Shown here: positions 45,516 through 53,641 of the stretch, piece after piece
Layout of the letters: each line of letters opens with the position of its first letter
Numbering within the stretch: the stretch's first letter is position 1
Virus record (IMG/VR): IMGVR_UViG_650627003_000001
Span: 32,001 to 96,000 of that record
From: a virus
Lineage: Duplodnaviria > Caudoviricetes
Reading direction: 5' to 3' (one strand)
DNA length: 64,000 nucleotides
Position numbers and translations under genes: made by a program
The notes under the pieces: model-generated
What the model was told of the DNA's origin: nothing
The model's input: the letters and a program-made list of their open reading frames with translations, nothing else
Database searches by the model: none

Positions 45516-45710
45516 TCATTCTGGGAATTCGTCTCGCAATAATTTAAATGCCACAGCTCGGTTTAAATGAGGCGAACGTTGTTCTGAAGATTCAAAAACT
45601 TTACCTGAAGGCTTATGAGTAATGCGAACTCCTTTTGGATATGCATTCAGATAATGTCCTTGAGATTCTGTTCTAAAACTTTCAATTAATAAATCTTCGG
45701 CTTTAATCAT
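45516..45710 (-). CDS. peptide chain release factor domain-like mini-protein lacking GGQ
   Basis: I.AEDL.IESFR...GVRITHKPSG..SEQRSPHLNR..AF..L. Confidence 0.75.
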   Translation of the reverse strand: MIKAEDLLIESFRTESQGHYLNAYPKGVRITHKPSGKVFESSEQRSPHLNRAVAFKLLRDEFPE

Positions 45711-45895
45711 TTAAATAGCTCCATAGTTATAGCAACTATAAGAATTGTAAGGACTACTACAATGCCGTACAAGCAGGCTTTTGCTTGATTAATAAATCGT
45801 TCAAAAGACATACCAGCGTGCCATTTTAGGACTGTGTTTCCTATTAGCATAACAATAGCAATACATGCAATAAGCATGCCAATCAGTGTACTCAT
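45707..45895 (-). CDS. small membrane protein
   Basis: two hydrophobic helices, SD AGGAG. Confidence 0.7.
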   Translation of the reverse strand: MSTLIGMLIACIAIVMLIGNTVLKWHAGMSFERFINQAKACLYGIVVVLTILIVAITMELFK

Positions 45896-46161
45896 TTTTT
45901 CAATAGCTCCTTATTCAATTTCTTTGGTTTCAAAGAATTGTAATACTCAAAAGTTCTACGAGTTTCTGGCTTAAGAAGACAATATTGCTTGATTCCCCAT
46001 AAGTTCCAATCACTCATAAAAGTCATATAAATGAAGAATGCGTTTTCTTTATTAACGCGACGGCCAGTAACTATTGCTCGAGTTGTTGGACTTGAATACT
46101 TCATACAGTCTTCAACAAATGCACGTAGTTGTTTCTTCTTTGTTAATTTAAGACGTTTCAT
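45892..46161 (-). CDS. hypothetical basic protein
   Basis: 89 aa ORF. Confidence 0.7.
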   Translation of the reverse strand: MKRLKLTKKKQLRAFVEDCMKYSSPTTRAIVTGRRVNKENAFFIYMTFMSDWNLWGIKQYCLLKPETRRTFEYYNSLKPKKLNKELLKK

Positions 46162-46754
46162 TATAGACCTTTAAATGTGCACAAATCAATAGATTCTTGA
46201 TCACCGGGGTTGTTTTCTGTGCAAATAGCGTTAACTTCAGCATAACGTGGATCGTTTACATCTGGCTTTGGATTTTCAAAGCCAGCAAAATCTTCATAAT
46301 TCGTTTCGACTTCACTTGGAGGCTCCGGAGCTTCTACAAAATTATTTTTATTCCCAAAATGGATTTCTGTGGTATCGAATTCAACAACAAAGTCATTAAG
46401 CGATTCTTGGACACATAGTTTAATAACATCGTTGTAATTTTTAATAGCAGCAGAACCTTCTTCGGTAGAAGTATCAGCTAAATCATCAATCATGTATTCA
46501 AACTTATTAGAGCACAGGTAATATGCTTTTTTAAGATCAGTACCATGAATAGATTCAAGTTGCAACAATACTTCATGCTCAGGAGCAATTTCAATACCTT
46601 TGTAGTTATACCCAGGATATTGGTCTAAGTTAATACCAAACTTCATTTCGCGTTCTACTACAACATTAGTGTTCAAAGAACTTGTATCAACTTTAGTGTC
46701 AGAGCATCCAACTAAGGATAGTGAAACTGCTATTGCCAAAAATAATTTGTTCAT
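46161..46754 (-). CDS. putative lipoprotein
   Basis: lipobox LVGC at residue 17. Confidence 0.75.
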   Translation of the reverse strand: MNKLFLAIAVSLSLVGCSDTKVDTSSLNTNVVVEREMKFGINLDQYPGYNYKGIEIAPEHEVLLQLESIHGTDLKKAYYLCSNKFEYMIDDLADTSTEEGSAAIKNYNDVIKLCVQESLNDFVVEFDTTEIHFGNKNNFVEAPEPPSEVETNYEDFAGFENPKPDVNDPRYAEVNAICTENNPGDQESIDLCTFKGL

Positions 46755-46780
46755 GTTAAATTCCTCTTGATTATGGAACT

Positions 46781-46809
46781 ACTATATACTACTATTTTAT
46801 TTTGTAAAC
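46781..46809 (-). promoter_or_regulatory. early promoter
   Basis: GTTTACA-N16-TATAGT. Confidence 0.65.
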
Positions 46810-46818
46810 TATAAAACG

Positions 46819-46844
46819 AAAAAAGAACGCACTAAGCGTTCTTT
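46819..46844 (-). terminator. rho-independent terminator
   Basis: AAAGAACGC-TTAGT-GCGTTCTTT-TTT. Confidence 0.8.
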
Positions 46845-46935
46845 ATAATAATAATATTATATACGAGAATACGGATCCATATAGAATCCGTATTTACCGA
46901 AAGTAATTTATCTTTAATGATTTTATTATTTCCGG

Positions 46936-47391
46936 TTAAGTAATGATGTAAATTGGATCGTTTTTATTTCCAGAGAACTTAATAAACCCATCTAAATTTT
47001 TTATGAGTTGATGTGTCAAACGTGTTGTTGATGTGTCGAACAACGAACAAATAGATACGTCGACAAATACCCGTTTAATATTTTTAACTTGTTCTCTTCC
47101 ACGTAGAGGATCAAATGAAATACTCCGAATAGTAGAGTATAAGAATTTATTTGATCCATACTTTGATGCAAATTCTTCAACCATTCGCTTATTTGTACTA
47201 ACATATAAGTCAGTTTCAGCATCAAAAATATCTGCTATCATTGTAGATGTACCCATTTGTCTAGGCAATCCAACAGATAAAGTTCTAAGCTCAAATAATC
47301 CTCTAGATTGAAATTCTCCAAGATCCAAAGAACTATTTCTAGCGTCAATTAGTGGACATACAACATCCAAATACTTTTTTAAGTGATTCAT
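46936..47391 (-). CDS. hypothetical protein with degenerate P-loop (start moved to MNHL)
   Basis: SD AAGGAG; longer call runs through tRNA-Thr; LPRQMGTST. Confidence 0.7.
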   Translation of the reverse strand: MNHLKKYLDVVCPLIDARNSSLDLGEFQSRGLFELRTLSVGLPRQMGTSTMIADIFDAETDLYVSTNKRMVEEFASKYGSNKFLYSTIRSISFDPLRGREQVKNIKRVFVDVSICSLFDTSTTRLTHQLIKNLDGFIKFSGNKNDPIYIIT

Positions 47392-47429
47392 AATTATCTC
47401 CTTATGAATACGGCTCTTCAGCAAAAATC

Positions 47430-47505
47430 TGGTTCCGAATATCCGACTCGAACGGATGACCTTTGGATTACAAAACCACTGCTCTACCAACTGAGCTAAT
47501 TCGGA
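47430..47505 (-). tRNA. tRNA-Thr(UGU)
   Basis: 76 nt cloverleaf, TAGCTCAGTTGGTAGAGC, GTTCGAGTC, encoded CCA; anticodon stem has G-A and U-U mismatches. Confidence 0.85.
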
Positions 47506-47608
47506 ATAATCCTCTCTTTCGAGAGTGTCCACAGTTTTTGTTTCAGACTTAGCCGGACAATGATTATGCTAAGTCCCTTAAACATCCGCAAATGTTTAAG
47601 GCTTAATT

Positions 47609-47682
47609 TGGCAGGCCACCAAAGATTTGAACTCTGACTAACGGGGTTGGAGCCCGCTGTGCTGCCATTACACCAATGACCT
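47609..47682 (-). tRNA. tRNA-Trp(CCA)
   Basis: AGGTCAT/GTGGCCT acceptor, loop CTCCAAC, G73, CCA. Confidence 0.9.
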
Positions 47683-47805
47683 ATATATGATAACCTTAAA
47701 ACCGTTTCTTGCAAGTCCGTATTTAAAGGTGAGTTGCATCGTCCTAAGCTCCAGAGGAGTGTGCCGTTTTAAAGGCGGATCGTATGATCATCAACTACTT
47801 GAGTT

Positions 47806-47891
47806 TGGTGTGCACCCTGTGATTCGAACACAGATAACTTTCGTGGCGGAGTTACAGTCCGCTGGGTTTGACCAACAACCCGACGATGCAC
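47806..47891 (-). tRNA. tRNA-Tyr(GUA)
   Basis: GCGGA-CTGTAAC-TCCGC, long variable arm, GTTCGAATC, CCA. Confidence 0.85.
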
Positions 47892-47896
47892 ATATT

Positions 47897-47987
47897 TGGC
47901 GGAAGAGGTGAGACTTGAACTCACACGGCTGTGACACCCAACTGTTTTCAAGACAGCGACCCGTAGACCGACTTGGTTTACTCTTCC
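47897..47987 (-). tRNA. tRNA-Ser(UGA)
   Basis: GGAAGAG/CTCTTCC acceptor, loop CTTGAAA, long variable arm, G73 CCA. Confidence 0.9.
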
Positions 47988-48045
47988 GGAATCGATTTCG
48001 TTTATTTTACGAGGAGATAATCGAGAACGTCCTGCATCATACAAA

Positions 48046-48053
48046 TATTTATA
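48046..48053 (-). promoter_or_regulatory. late promoter upstream of tRNA-Ser
   Basis: perfect TATAAATA. Confidence 0.6.
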
Positions 48054-48389
48054 CTAGTTGGAATTGGGCTGAATTCCTTTATTTGTAAAATTTACCACAA
48101 CTTTTGTAATAAGCTTTGTAGTGTTTTGCATTTCTTCAAGAGTATTGCAAATAAAATCTGGTTCACGAGAACCCTTTAAAAAATCAGCAATATCGCTAAG
48201 TTTATCAGGTCGTCGATTTTTAATTACTTTACCTGTATAATCAACAACCCAATCGGATTGAGCAGCTAGATCAGTACCAACAGAAACACTGTAATTAGTC
48301 GAAACGAATGTTTGATCCTGTTGAAGAGGTACTTCAACAATTGAACCACGTACGCAATAATAAACTGAACGATTAAAAATATGTTGCAT
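48054..48389 (-). CDS. hypothetical protein in tRNA cluster
   Basis: 111 aa, SD GAGGA. Confidence 0.75.
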   Translation of the reverse strand: MQHIFNRSVYYCVRGSIVEVPLQQDQTFVSTNYSVSVGTDLAAQSDWVVDYTGKVIKNRRPDKLSDIADFLKGSREPDFICNTLEEMQNTTKLITKVVVNFTNKGIQPNSN

Positions 48390-48410
48390 TATAAAATCCT
48401 CAAGGTAATT

Positions 48411-48487
48411 TGGTCCGCTAAACTGGACTCGAACCAGTGACCATCCACTTAGAAGGCGGATGCTCTATCCATCTGAGCTACTAGCGG
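48411..48487 (-). tRNA. tRNA-Arg(UCU)
   Basis: canonical cloverleaf, loop CTTCTAA, CCA. Confidence 0.92.
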
Positions 48488-48656
48488 AAATTCAAACGGT
48501 TTTGATGCATTGACCGAAAACAATGGCTGGCGGTAAGTTCACCAGTCTCACAAGCCCATTACTGGAACTATTTAGTGGAGTCACGTGGATTCTATCCAGG
48601 CTGTCGCATCTTGCTCACCACAAGACTCAATTGTCATTGTCTCGTTCCTCCATAAT

Positions 48657-48731
48657 TGGTGGGCCCAACAGGTTACGCTCCTGAATCCTCCGATTTATGA
48701 GATCGGTACTCTACTATTGAGTTATAGGCCC
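48657..48731 (-). tRNA. tRNA with CAU anticodon, probably Ile2 rather than Met
   Basis: GGGCCTA/TGGGCCC acceptor with C4-G69 and C5-G68, CCGAT-CTCATAA-ATCGG, CCA; atypical T-loop. Confidence 0.75.
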
Positions 48732-48832
48732 ATGTTTAAATCCACTAAATTTATGCATTACAAAGAGGCCTTAGTGGTAGTCAAATATAGCATGTAATCG
48801 ACCTTAAAAATAAGATTACATGGCTAACATAA

Positions 48833-48902
48833 GTGACTCTTTTAAGTAATGTCTAACGGCTCTTAATTGGCTGGGACAGTTGACATTACTTAAAAGAGTC
48901 AC
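48833..48902. repeat. 21-bp perfect inverted repeat
   Basis: gtgactcttttaagtaatgtc (48833-48853) / gacattacttaaaagagtcac (48882-48902). Confidence 0.95.
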
Positions 48903-48922
48903 CTCGAAAGGTGACTTAATGT

Positions 48923-49177
48923 TTATTCACCATAAACATGTAAACAGCGTTCATCAAAATCAAGTTGAGCTAAATCAACAACAGCTTGTGAAACTTCTTC
49001 GAAGCTGTTTGTAACAGGAGTAGCGGTACGCTGACCATTTGCCGGATGTTTGGTAGTAACCAATACTGTTCCATCAACAAGTTCTTGTACACCAACAATA
49101 AAGCTTGCATCAATAACAAAACGCACAACATTAGTTGGAAGACGGTTACGATCGATATTAAGAACTAATTTAGCCAT
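48923..49177 (-). CDS. hypothetical protein
   Basis: 84 aa, SD AAGGA. Confidence 0.75.
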   Translation of the reverse strand: MAKLVLNIDRNRLPTNVVRFVIDASFIVGVQELVDGTVLVTTKHPANGQRTATPVTNSFEEVSQAVVDLAQLDFDERCLHVYGE

Positions 49178-49409
49178 TTTGATTTCCTTTTAAAGAGATA
49201 GAGATTTTAACGTTTAATAAAACGAAGCGAATGGCTTCTAGTAAACAACCAAACAAGAATAATGCAATTGCATTCATTCCAAATGATTTGATTTCTGCAT
49301 TTGTCATGACTAGACCACCAACTACAGCAATTATAACAGAACTCGCAGCTAGAAGGAAAAATATATTTCGAGCAAATTCTAGGGGTTTGTTTAAAGATTG
49401 TAGTTTCAT
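49170..49409 (-). CDS. small membrane protein
   Basis: two hydrophobic helices, behind early promoter. Confidence 0.7.
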   Translation of the reverse strand: MKLQSLNKPLEFARNIFFLLAASSVIIAVVGGLVMTNAEIKSFGMNAIALFLFGCLLEAIRFVLLNVKISISLKGNQNG

Positions 49410-49437
49410 GATGTAGTACTCAGTAGTTGATAATGCT

Positions 49438-49466
49438 ATAATAACACAATTTTGTTTGAAGTAAAC
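49438..49466 (-). promoter_or_regulatory. early promoter
   Basis: GTTTACT-N16-TATTAT, TATCAAC leader. Confidence 0.7.
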
Positions 49467-49491
49467 TGCTTTTTAAAAATAATTTAAATTT

Positions 49492-49977
49492 TTATGGTTT
49501 CCAATTTAAATCAAGATCTTCAGTGTACTCATGTGTTATTACAACAGGATTCCCAGTGACCCCATGTTTTGGTATTTCCATTGCGCCAATATCATAAGCC
49601 AATGTAACATGAGGATTATACGTCGGGAAATCGAATGTAGCACCAAGAATGTTAGCATATTCATGTCTTGATTCTAAATAAGGCGAATCAAGTAGAACGA
49701 CCAGTGCACGCTTTCCGTTGTGTTCGAAAACTTCCAATTTATGAGTTGAACCAATAGGCATTTTCTCAGTCAATGGAATATACGGAATTTTAACTCGAGA
49801 AAAACAAATCGTCGAGTGTAATTTGTCACGTGGGACTGGATTGAAGAGCTCCATAATTTGCTGGAGCGCTTGGAACATATCTAAAGTGCTATCATCGAAC
49901 TTTACAGCAGCGTAAGTGCCTTTGTCAATATCACTCAGCTTCAACTTGTTCGACCGGGGTAACAAGAGCTTTAACAC
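49492..49977 (-). CDS. 57B: gp57B / Acb1-like 2H phosphodiesterase (start uncertain, perhaps TTG 49944)
   Basis: GTYAAVKF, LHSTICFSR and PHVTLAY HxT motifs, EDLDLNW tail; follows 57A. Confidence 0.9.
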   Translation of the reverse strand: MLKLLLPRSNKLKLSDIDKGTYAAVKFDDSTLDMFQALQQIMELFNPVPRDKLHSTICFSRVKIPYIPLTEKMPIGSTHKLEVFEHNGKRALVVLLDSPYLESRHEYANILGATFDFPTYNPHVTLAYDIGAMEIPKHGVTGNPVVITHEYTEDLDLNWKP

Positions 49978-50173
49978 CAGCTATAACATCTTCTAAAGCG
50001 ATTTCACCACGTTCGTTTGGAGTAAGACCAATAATATGAGCTACTTCGCCGAGTGCAGCTTGAATTTGTTGTGCAGCTTGATTAGTTTGATTAAACTGTT
50101 CTTGAATGTCAAACATACGTGCTTTAAGGCCAGTAATAATTTGTTCAGCTGTAGGTTGTGCTTGTTGAGTCAT
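49931..50173 (-). CDS. 57A: tail fibre chaperone gp57A
   Basis: LKARMFDIQ coiled coil; synteny 1-57A-57B. Confidence 0.8.
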   Translation of the reverse strand: MTQQAQPTAEQIITGLKARMFDIQEQFNQTNQAAQQIQAALGEVAHIIGLTPNERGEIALEDVIAGVKALVTPVEQVEAE

Positions 50174-50905
50174 TTAGATTGCTCCAATAAATTTAAGTTG
50201 TTGTGCGACATTTGGTTTAAGGTCTTCCAAAGATCCATCATTATAAATGAATGCATTTTGAGAAGAATTCTCACAGCTCAGACCTTGTTCGGTGATGTGT
50301 GTATCAGTGATATTATTTATACGACTAGAACTAACGTACATAAATGTAGCACCAAATGAATCGAATGCGTCTTGTTCATGTACTTGTCGAATATCGCCAA
50401 TAACACAGATGTCTGTATGATCCATTTTATCAAAAATTTCGTTAAGCGTTAAGCGACACCAAAAATATTTGTCGAATCGATTTACAACAACATCTGTTCC
50501 GAGTGTTTGCATTAAGCGACGTACTGACCAAGATTCTTTATTACTAAAGACCACATCTTTGATGATGTCTTCAACAATCGATTTGTCTTCTGGGTTTTTA
50601 AGGGCATATATGCGTTGCAGATAACCAATAGAACTTTTAATTAAATCGCATGCATCTTTATTAGAAATCAATAAAGGGCTTTCACGATCGTAATCAATAC
50701 CTTCAAGTCGTTCATTAGTTAAATCAATGCCAGAAACACGAACTAGTTGGTTTTCTTCGTAGCCGATTTTTAACGCTTCTTTAATTTTATCAGCGAGTCG
50801 AACGAAATTAACACGTTTATTATTTTCACGTCCAATTTCGTCAATGAGCATTCCAACAGTATCTTTACCTGAACGCTTCTTTCCCGCAATAGCGATAATC
50901 TTCAT
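50174..50905 (-). CDS. 1: dNMP kinase gp1
   Basis: GKKRSGKDT, RRLMQTLGTD, DIRQ.HE, HITE.GL. Confidence 0.95.
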   Translation of the reverse strand: MKIIAIAGKKRSGKDTVGMLIDEIGRENNKRVNFVRLADKIKEALKIGYEENQLVRVSGIDLTNERLEGIDYDRESPLLISNKDACDLIKSSIGYLQRIYALKNPEDKSIVEDIIKDVVFSNKESWSVRRLMQTLGTDVVVNRFDKYFWCRLTLNEIFDKMDHTDICVIGDIRQVHEQDAFDSFGATFMYVSSSRINNITDTHITEQGLSCENSSQNAFIYNDGSLEDLKPNVAQQLKFIGAI

Positions 50906-50950
50906 AAGATTCTCCGTAAGGGTTGATATGAAGATTTTATCACTATTATT

Positions 50951-51541
50951 TTAACGCATACTTGGATGAACAGCTGCAGTATTTCCCTTTCCATTTGCTA
51001 ATGCTTGTTCTTTAATAGATTGACGCTTGATAATAATCTTGCCGTTCTTTTCTACTTCCATATATTTGTAATGGAACGTAGCTATTGACGTTACAGGGAT
51101 GTCTGTTGATTCTGTGGTGTTATACTCAACTTCGCCAATATCCGCACACCATGCGCCGTAGAAGTGAATCGAGAGTGCGATTTTAGTTCGGCTGTTATCT
51201 AATATATGCAAGGTAATGAATTTGGGTAAAACGCCATCTTCAAATCCGTTTCCATCATATGCTAAATAGCTATTAATAGAGATCATCCATTTATATAGTT
51301 CCAACCAAGAATCTAGTTCTTCATCTACTACGAATCGACAAACAAATGGATCGAATTCAACAGTTGAACCTGGCAAACTGGCGCGAGCAAGACCTTTTGT
51401 TCCAGCCGGAACATCAGTAACAGGCATGCGAATACCAGGAATTAATACAGACTGTGCGTTTAACTTAAATGCCTTTGTGATATTACAGTCTGGAATTTCT
51501 ACCACAAAGTTAGTAATGTTCGTTTGATTATGTAATGACAT
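50951..51541 (-). CDS. 3: tail tube terminator / sheath stabiliser gp3
   Basis: NQTNITNF, FVVDEEL.SW..LY.WM, ITLHILDN. Confidence 0.93.
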   Translation of the reverse strand: MSLHNQTNITNFVVEIPDCNITKAFKLNAQSVLIPGIRMPVTDVPAGTKGLARASLPGSTVEFDPFVCRFVVDEELDSWLELYKWMISINSYLAYDGNGFEDGVLPKFITLHILDNSRTKIALSIHFYGAWCADIGEVEYNTTESTDIPVTSIATFHYKYMEVEKNGKIIIKRQSIKEQALANGKGNTAAVHPSMR

Positions 51542-51748
51542 TTTAGCCTCTTGGTTAAAAAATGGACGCTTGGAACGTCATGGGTTAAGCACGAGATTTG
51601 CTTAAAGTGTAAGTATGGTACAATGCTTCTACAATGCTGAATGAACTGGTTCCCTATTACCTGGAAGGGGATAGAGTCTTAATTGGTTACTAATTAATAG
51701 ACAAAATAAAAATAATAAGCGTGAAACTCGCGCAGCGATAATCGTGTA

Positions 51749-52567
51749 TTATTTCCATACACGATTTGCTGAGAAACGTTTTCCTTTGCTTTGGAAACTT
51801 TGCAAAGGTAACAACACGACATTTGACCAATCTGAAGGTTTAATTTCTGTAATTTGACCTTGAATATGACTTGGCAAATACGCTTTAATCATCTTATCTG
51901 CGCCTTGCATTCCTTTAACTTTTGACCAATCAATCTTTAAGCGTGTACTATTAGTAATAGTTCCGGTGGTAGAATACTTCGTAAGAAGTTCCTCAAGAAA
52001 AGATTGGCGTGCTTTTGGTGGAATATAATGTAAGTTTAGACCATATAATAAAGTAGAAGCACCTTGTTTGCCAACACCTAAGAAAACAATTAATGGGTAC
52101 TTATCCCAGTATGGAAGAGTGTCTTTATGTTTTGCGTCATAAGCAAAAGCGTATATCCGACCTGGTTCAGGTCTAGAAACTTTATGGCCACGTACAGAGC
52201 TCTTCATTGTATCAGCGAACCATTTAGCAGATTTATTGTTTACTGCAGCACCATGGTTTCTTACTTTATCTCTAATTGAAGCTCTAAAACTATTAATCAT
52301 AATTAGAGATTTTTCTTTAGAAGTCAACTTGTTATATGGCTTCTTGGCTAAAATTTGTACTTTTTGAGCCATTTCAATTTGTGTCTTATAACGAGACATT
52401 GACTTTGTAAAAGTCCCGTAAGGGATATTTCGTTCAGCAGCAAATTCTTTTGCTGTTTTCCCTTCTTTTCTTTCTTCTAAAAACTTAAGACCAATCTCAA
52501 CCCATTGTGATTCTTTACGAGCTGTTACTTGGTTCATTCCTGATTCATTTGCTTCTGTAAAAATCAT
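51749..52567 (-). CDS. 2: DNA end protector gp2
   Basis: [26 protein letters not shown]. Confidence 0.95.
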   Translation of the reverse strand: MIFTEANESGMNQVTARKESQWVEIGLKFLEERKEGKTAKEFAAERNIPYGTFTKSMSRYKTQIEMAQKVQILAKKPYNKLTSKEKSLIMINSFRASIRDKVRNHGAAVNNKSAKWFADTMKSSVRGHKVSRPEPGRIYAFAYDAKHKDTLPYWDKYPLIVFLGVGKQGASTLLYGLNLHYIPPKARQSFLEELLTKYSTTGTITNSTRLKIDWSKVKGMQGADKMIKAYLPSHIQGQITEIKPSDWSNVVLLPLQSFQSKGKRFSANRVWK

Positions 52568-53025
52568 AATACCATCCCAAGTCGTCTAAGACCGTTTTCT
52601 GTTAATAGTCTAAAAGTGATATTGTGTTTAGTTGCAACTTTTTCAGCTGCCACCCATTTGTCTGAATTCACTTTCCACGTATACAGTTCATTAATAAACC
52701 GTTTTTTAGCTTGTACAGTTAGTTTAGCTGGTTGCTTTGGTGCAATAGTTTCTTTCTTAGGTTTTACTTCAAAAAAGAATTCTTTGTACTCACCATTACC
52801 CATATCAAACTTTGCCCAGAAGTCCATAAAGTATCGACGACGTCGACCATCTGCTGTAGAAAAATATGGAATCACGACTTCTTCGCTATTCCACTTAACT
52901 ACTTGAGGGTTATTGTCTAAGTATTTCATAAACCAATGCTCCCAAGAGCTTCTATACGAAATCTTATACAAATCACCTTTATATTTTTCTTTGTTTACTG
53001 GCATGAATTTACCCGAGTAAGCCAT
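52564..53025 (-). CDS. 4: head completion nuclease gp4
   Basis: MAYSGKF.P.N..KY.GD, YRSSWE, RYFMDF, EVKP. Confidence 0.95.
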   Translation of the reverse strand: MAYSGKFMPVNKEKYKGDLYKISYRSSWEHWFMKYLDNNPQVVKWNSEEVVIPYFSTADGRRRRYFMDFWAKFDMGNGEYKEFFFEVKPKKETIAPKQPAKLTVQAKKRFINELYTWKVNSDKWVAAEKVATKHNITFRLLTENGLRRLGMVL

Positions 53026-53038
53026 AGGATACTCCTGC

Positions 53039-53058
53039 TATAAATATATTTATTTATA
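53039..53058. promoter_or_regulatory. divergent pair of late promoters between genes 4 and 53
   Basis: TATAAATA on plus (53039-53046) and on minus (53051-53058). Confidence 0.85.
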
Positions 53059-53071
53059 AAGAGGGCTTATT

Positions 53072-53641
53072 ATGCTTTTGTCTTTTTATGACCCTATCTC
53101 GTATACAGCAAAGACTGTAAACAAAAATGCAAAACCTGTATTAATGACACAGATTTTTAGAGACTATAAAGAGTATTTTGATCGAGTAGCTGTTAATTAC
53201 AGATTAATTTCTTATTATATTCAAGATGCACCACGACCAGAAACTTTGGCAAACGAATTGTACGGAAACGTCCAGCTTTATTGGGTCCTATTAATGTGTA
53301 ATAATATTTACGATCCTTTTCATGGGTGGATTAAATCCCAAGAAGCTGTTTATGATTCTGTTGAACAAGAATATGACGAACCAGAACAAGTCGTTTATCA
53401 TGTTGATGTAAAGGGCGAAAAATATTTCAATTTAGTTGAATATCCTTTGTACTCTGGAATTTGGTACGACAAAGGCGATAAAAATAGATTGCATCGTCAA
53501 TATACAGGGGCTTTGAGAGCGGTTGATGCTAATGAAGCAGCTCTTTTAAACAATGAAGCTAAACGCAAAATCAAAATTATTGCCCCATCAGATATTGATG
53601 CATTTTTAGCTGATTTTATTAAAGAGATGGAGCGAAACTAA
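53072..53641 (+). CDS. 53: baseplate wedge subunit gp53
   Basis: PRPETLANELYG..LYWVLLM.N.IYDP. Confidence 0.95.
   Translation: MLLSFYDPISYTAKTVNKNAKPVLMTQIFRDYKEYFDRVAVNYRLISYYIQDAPRPETLANELYGNVQLYWVLLMCNNIYDPFHGWIKSQEAVYDSVEQEYDEPEQVVYHVDVKGEKYFNLVEYPLYSGIWYDKGDKNRLHRQYTGALRAVDANEAALLNNEAKRKIKIIAPSDIDAFLADFIKEMERN

Noticed and set aside
47775-47800. TTGATGA-stem resembling a hammerhead core
   Set aside because: First core base is wrong and the required GAAA after stem II is missing.
47496-48044. ORFs of 72, 74 and 91 aa in the tRNA region
   Set aside because: They overlap clear tRNA genes and lack SD sequences.
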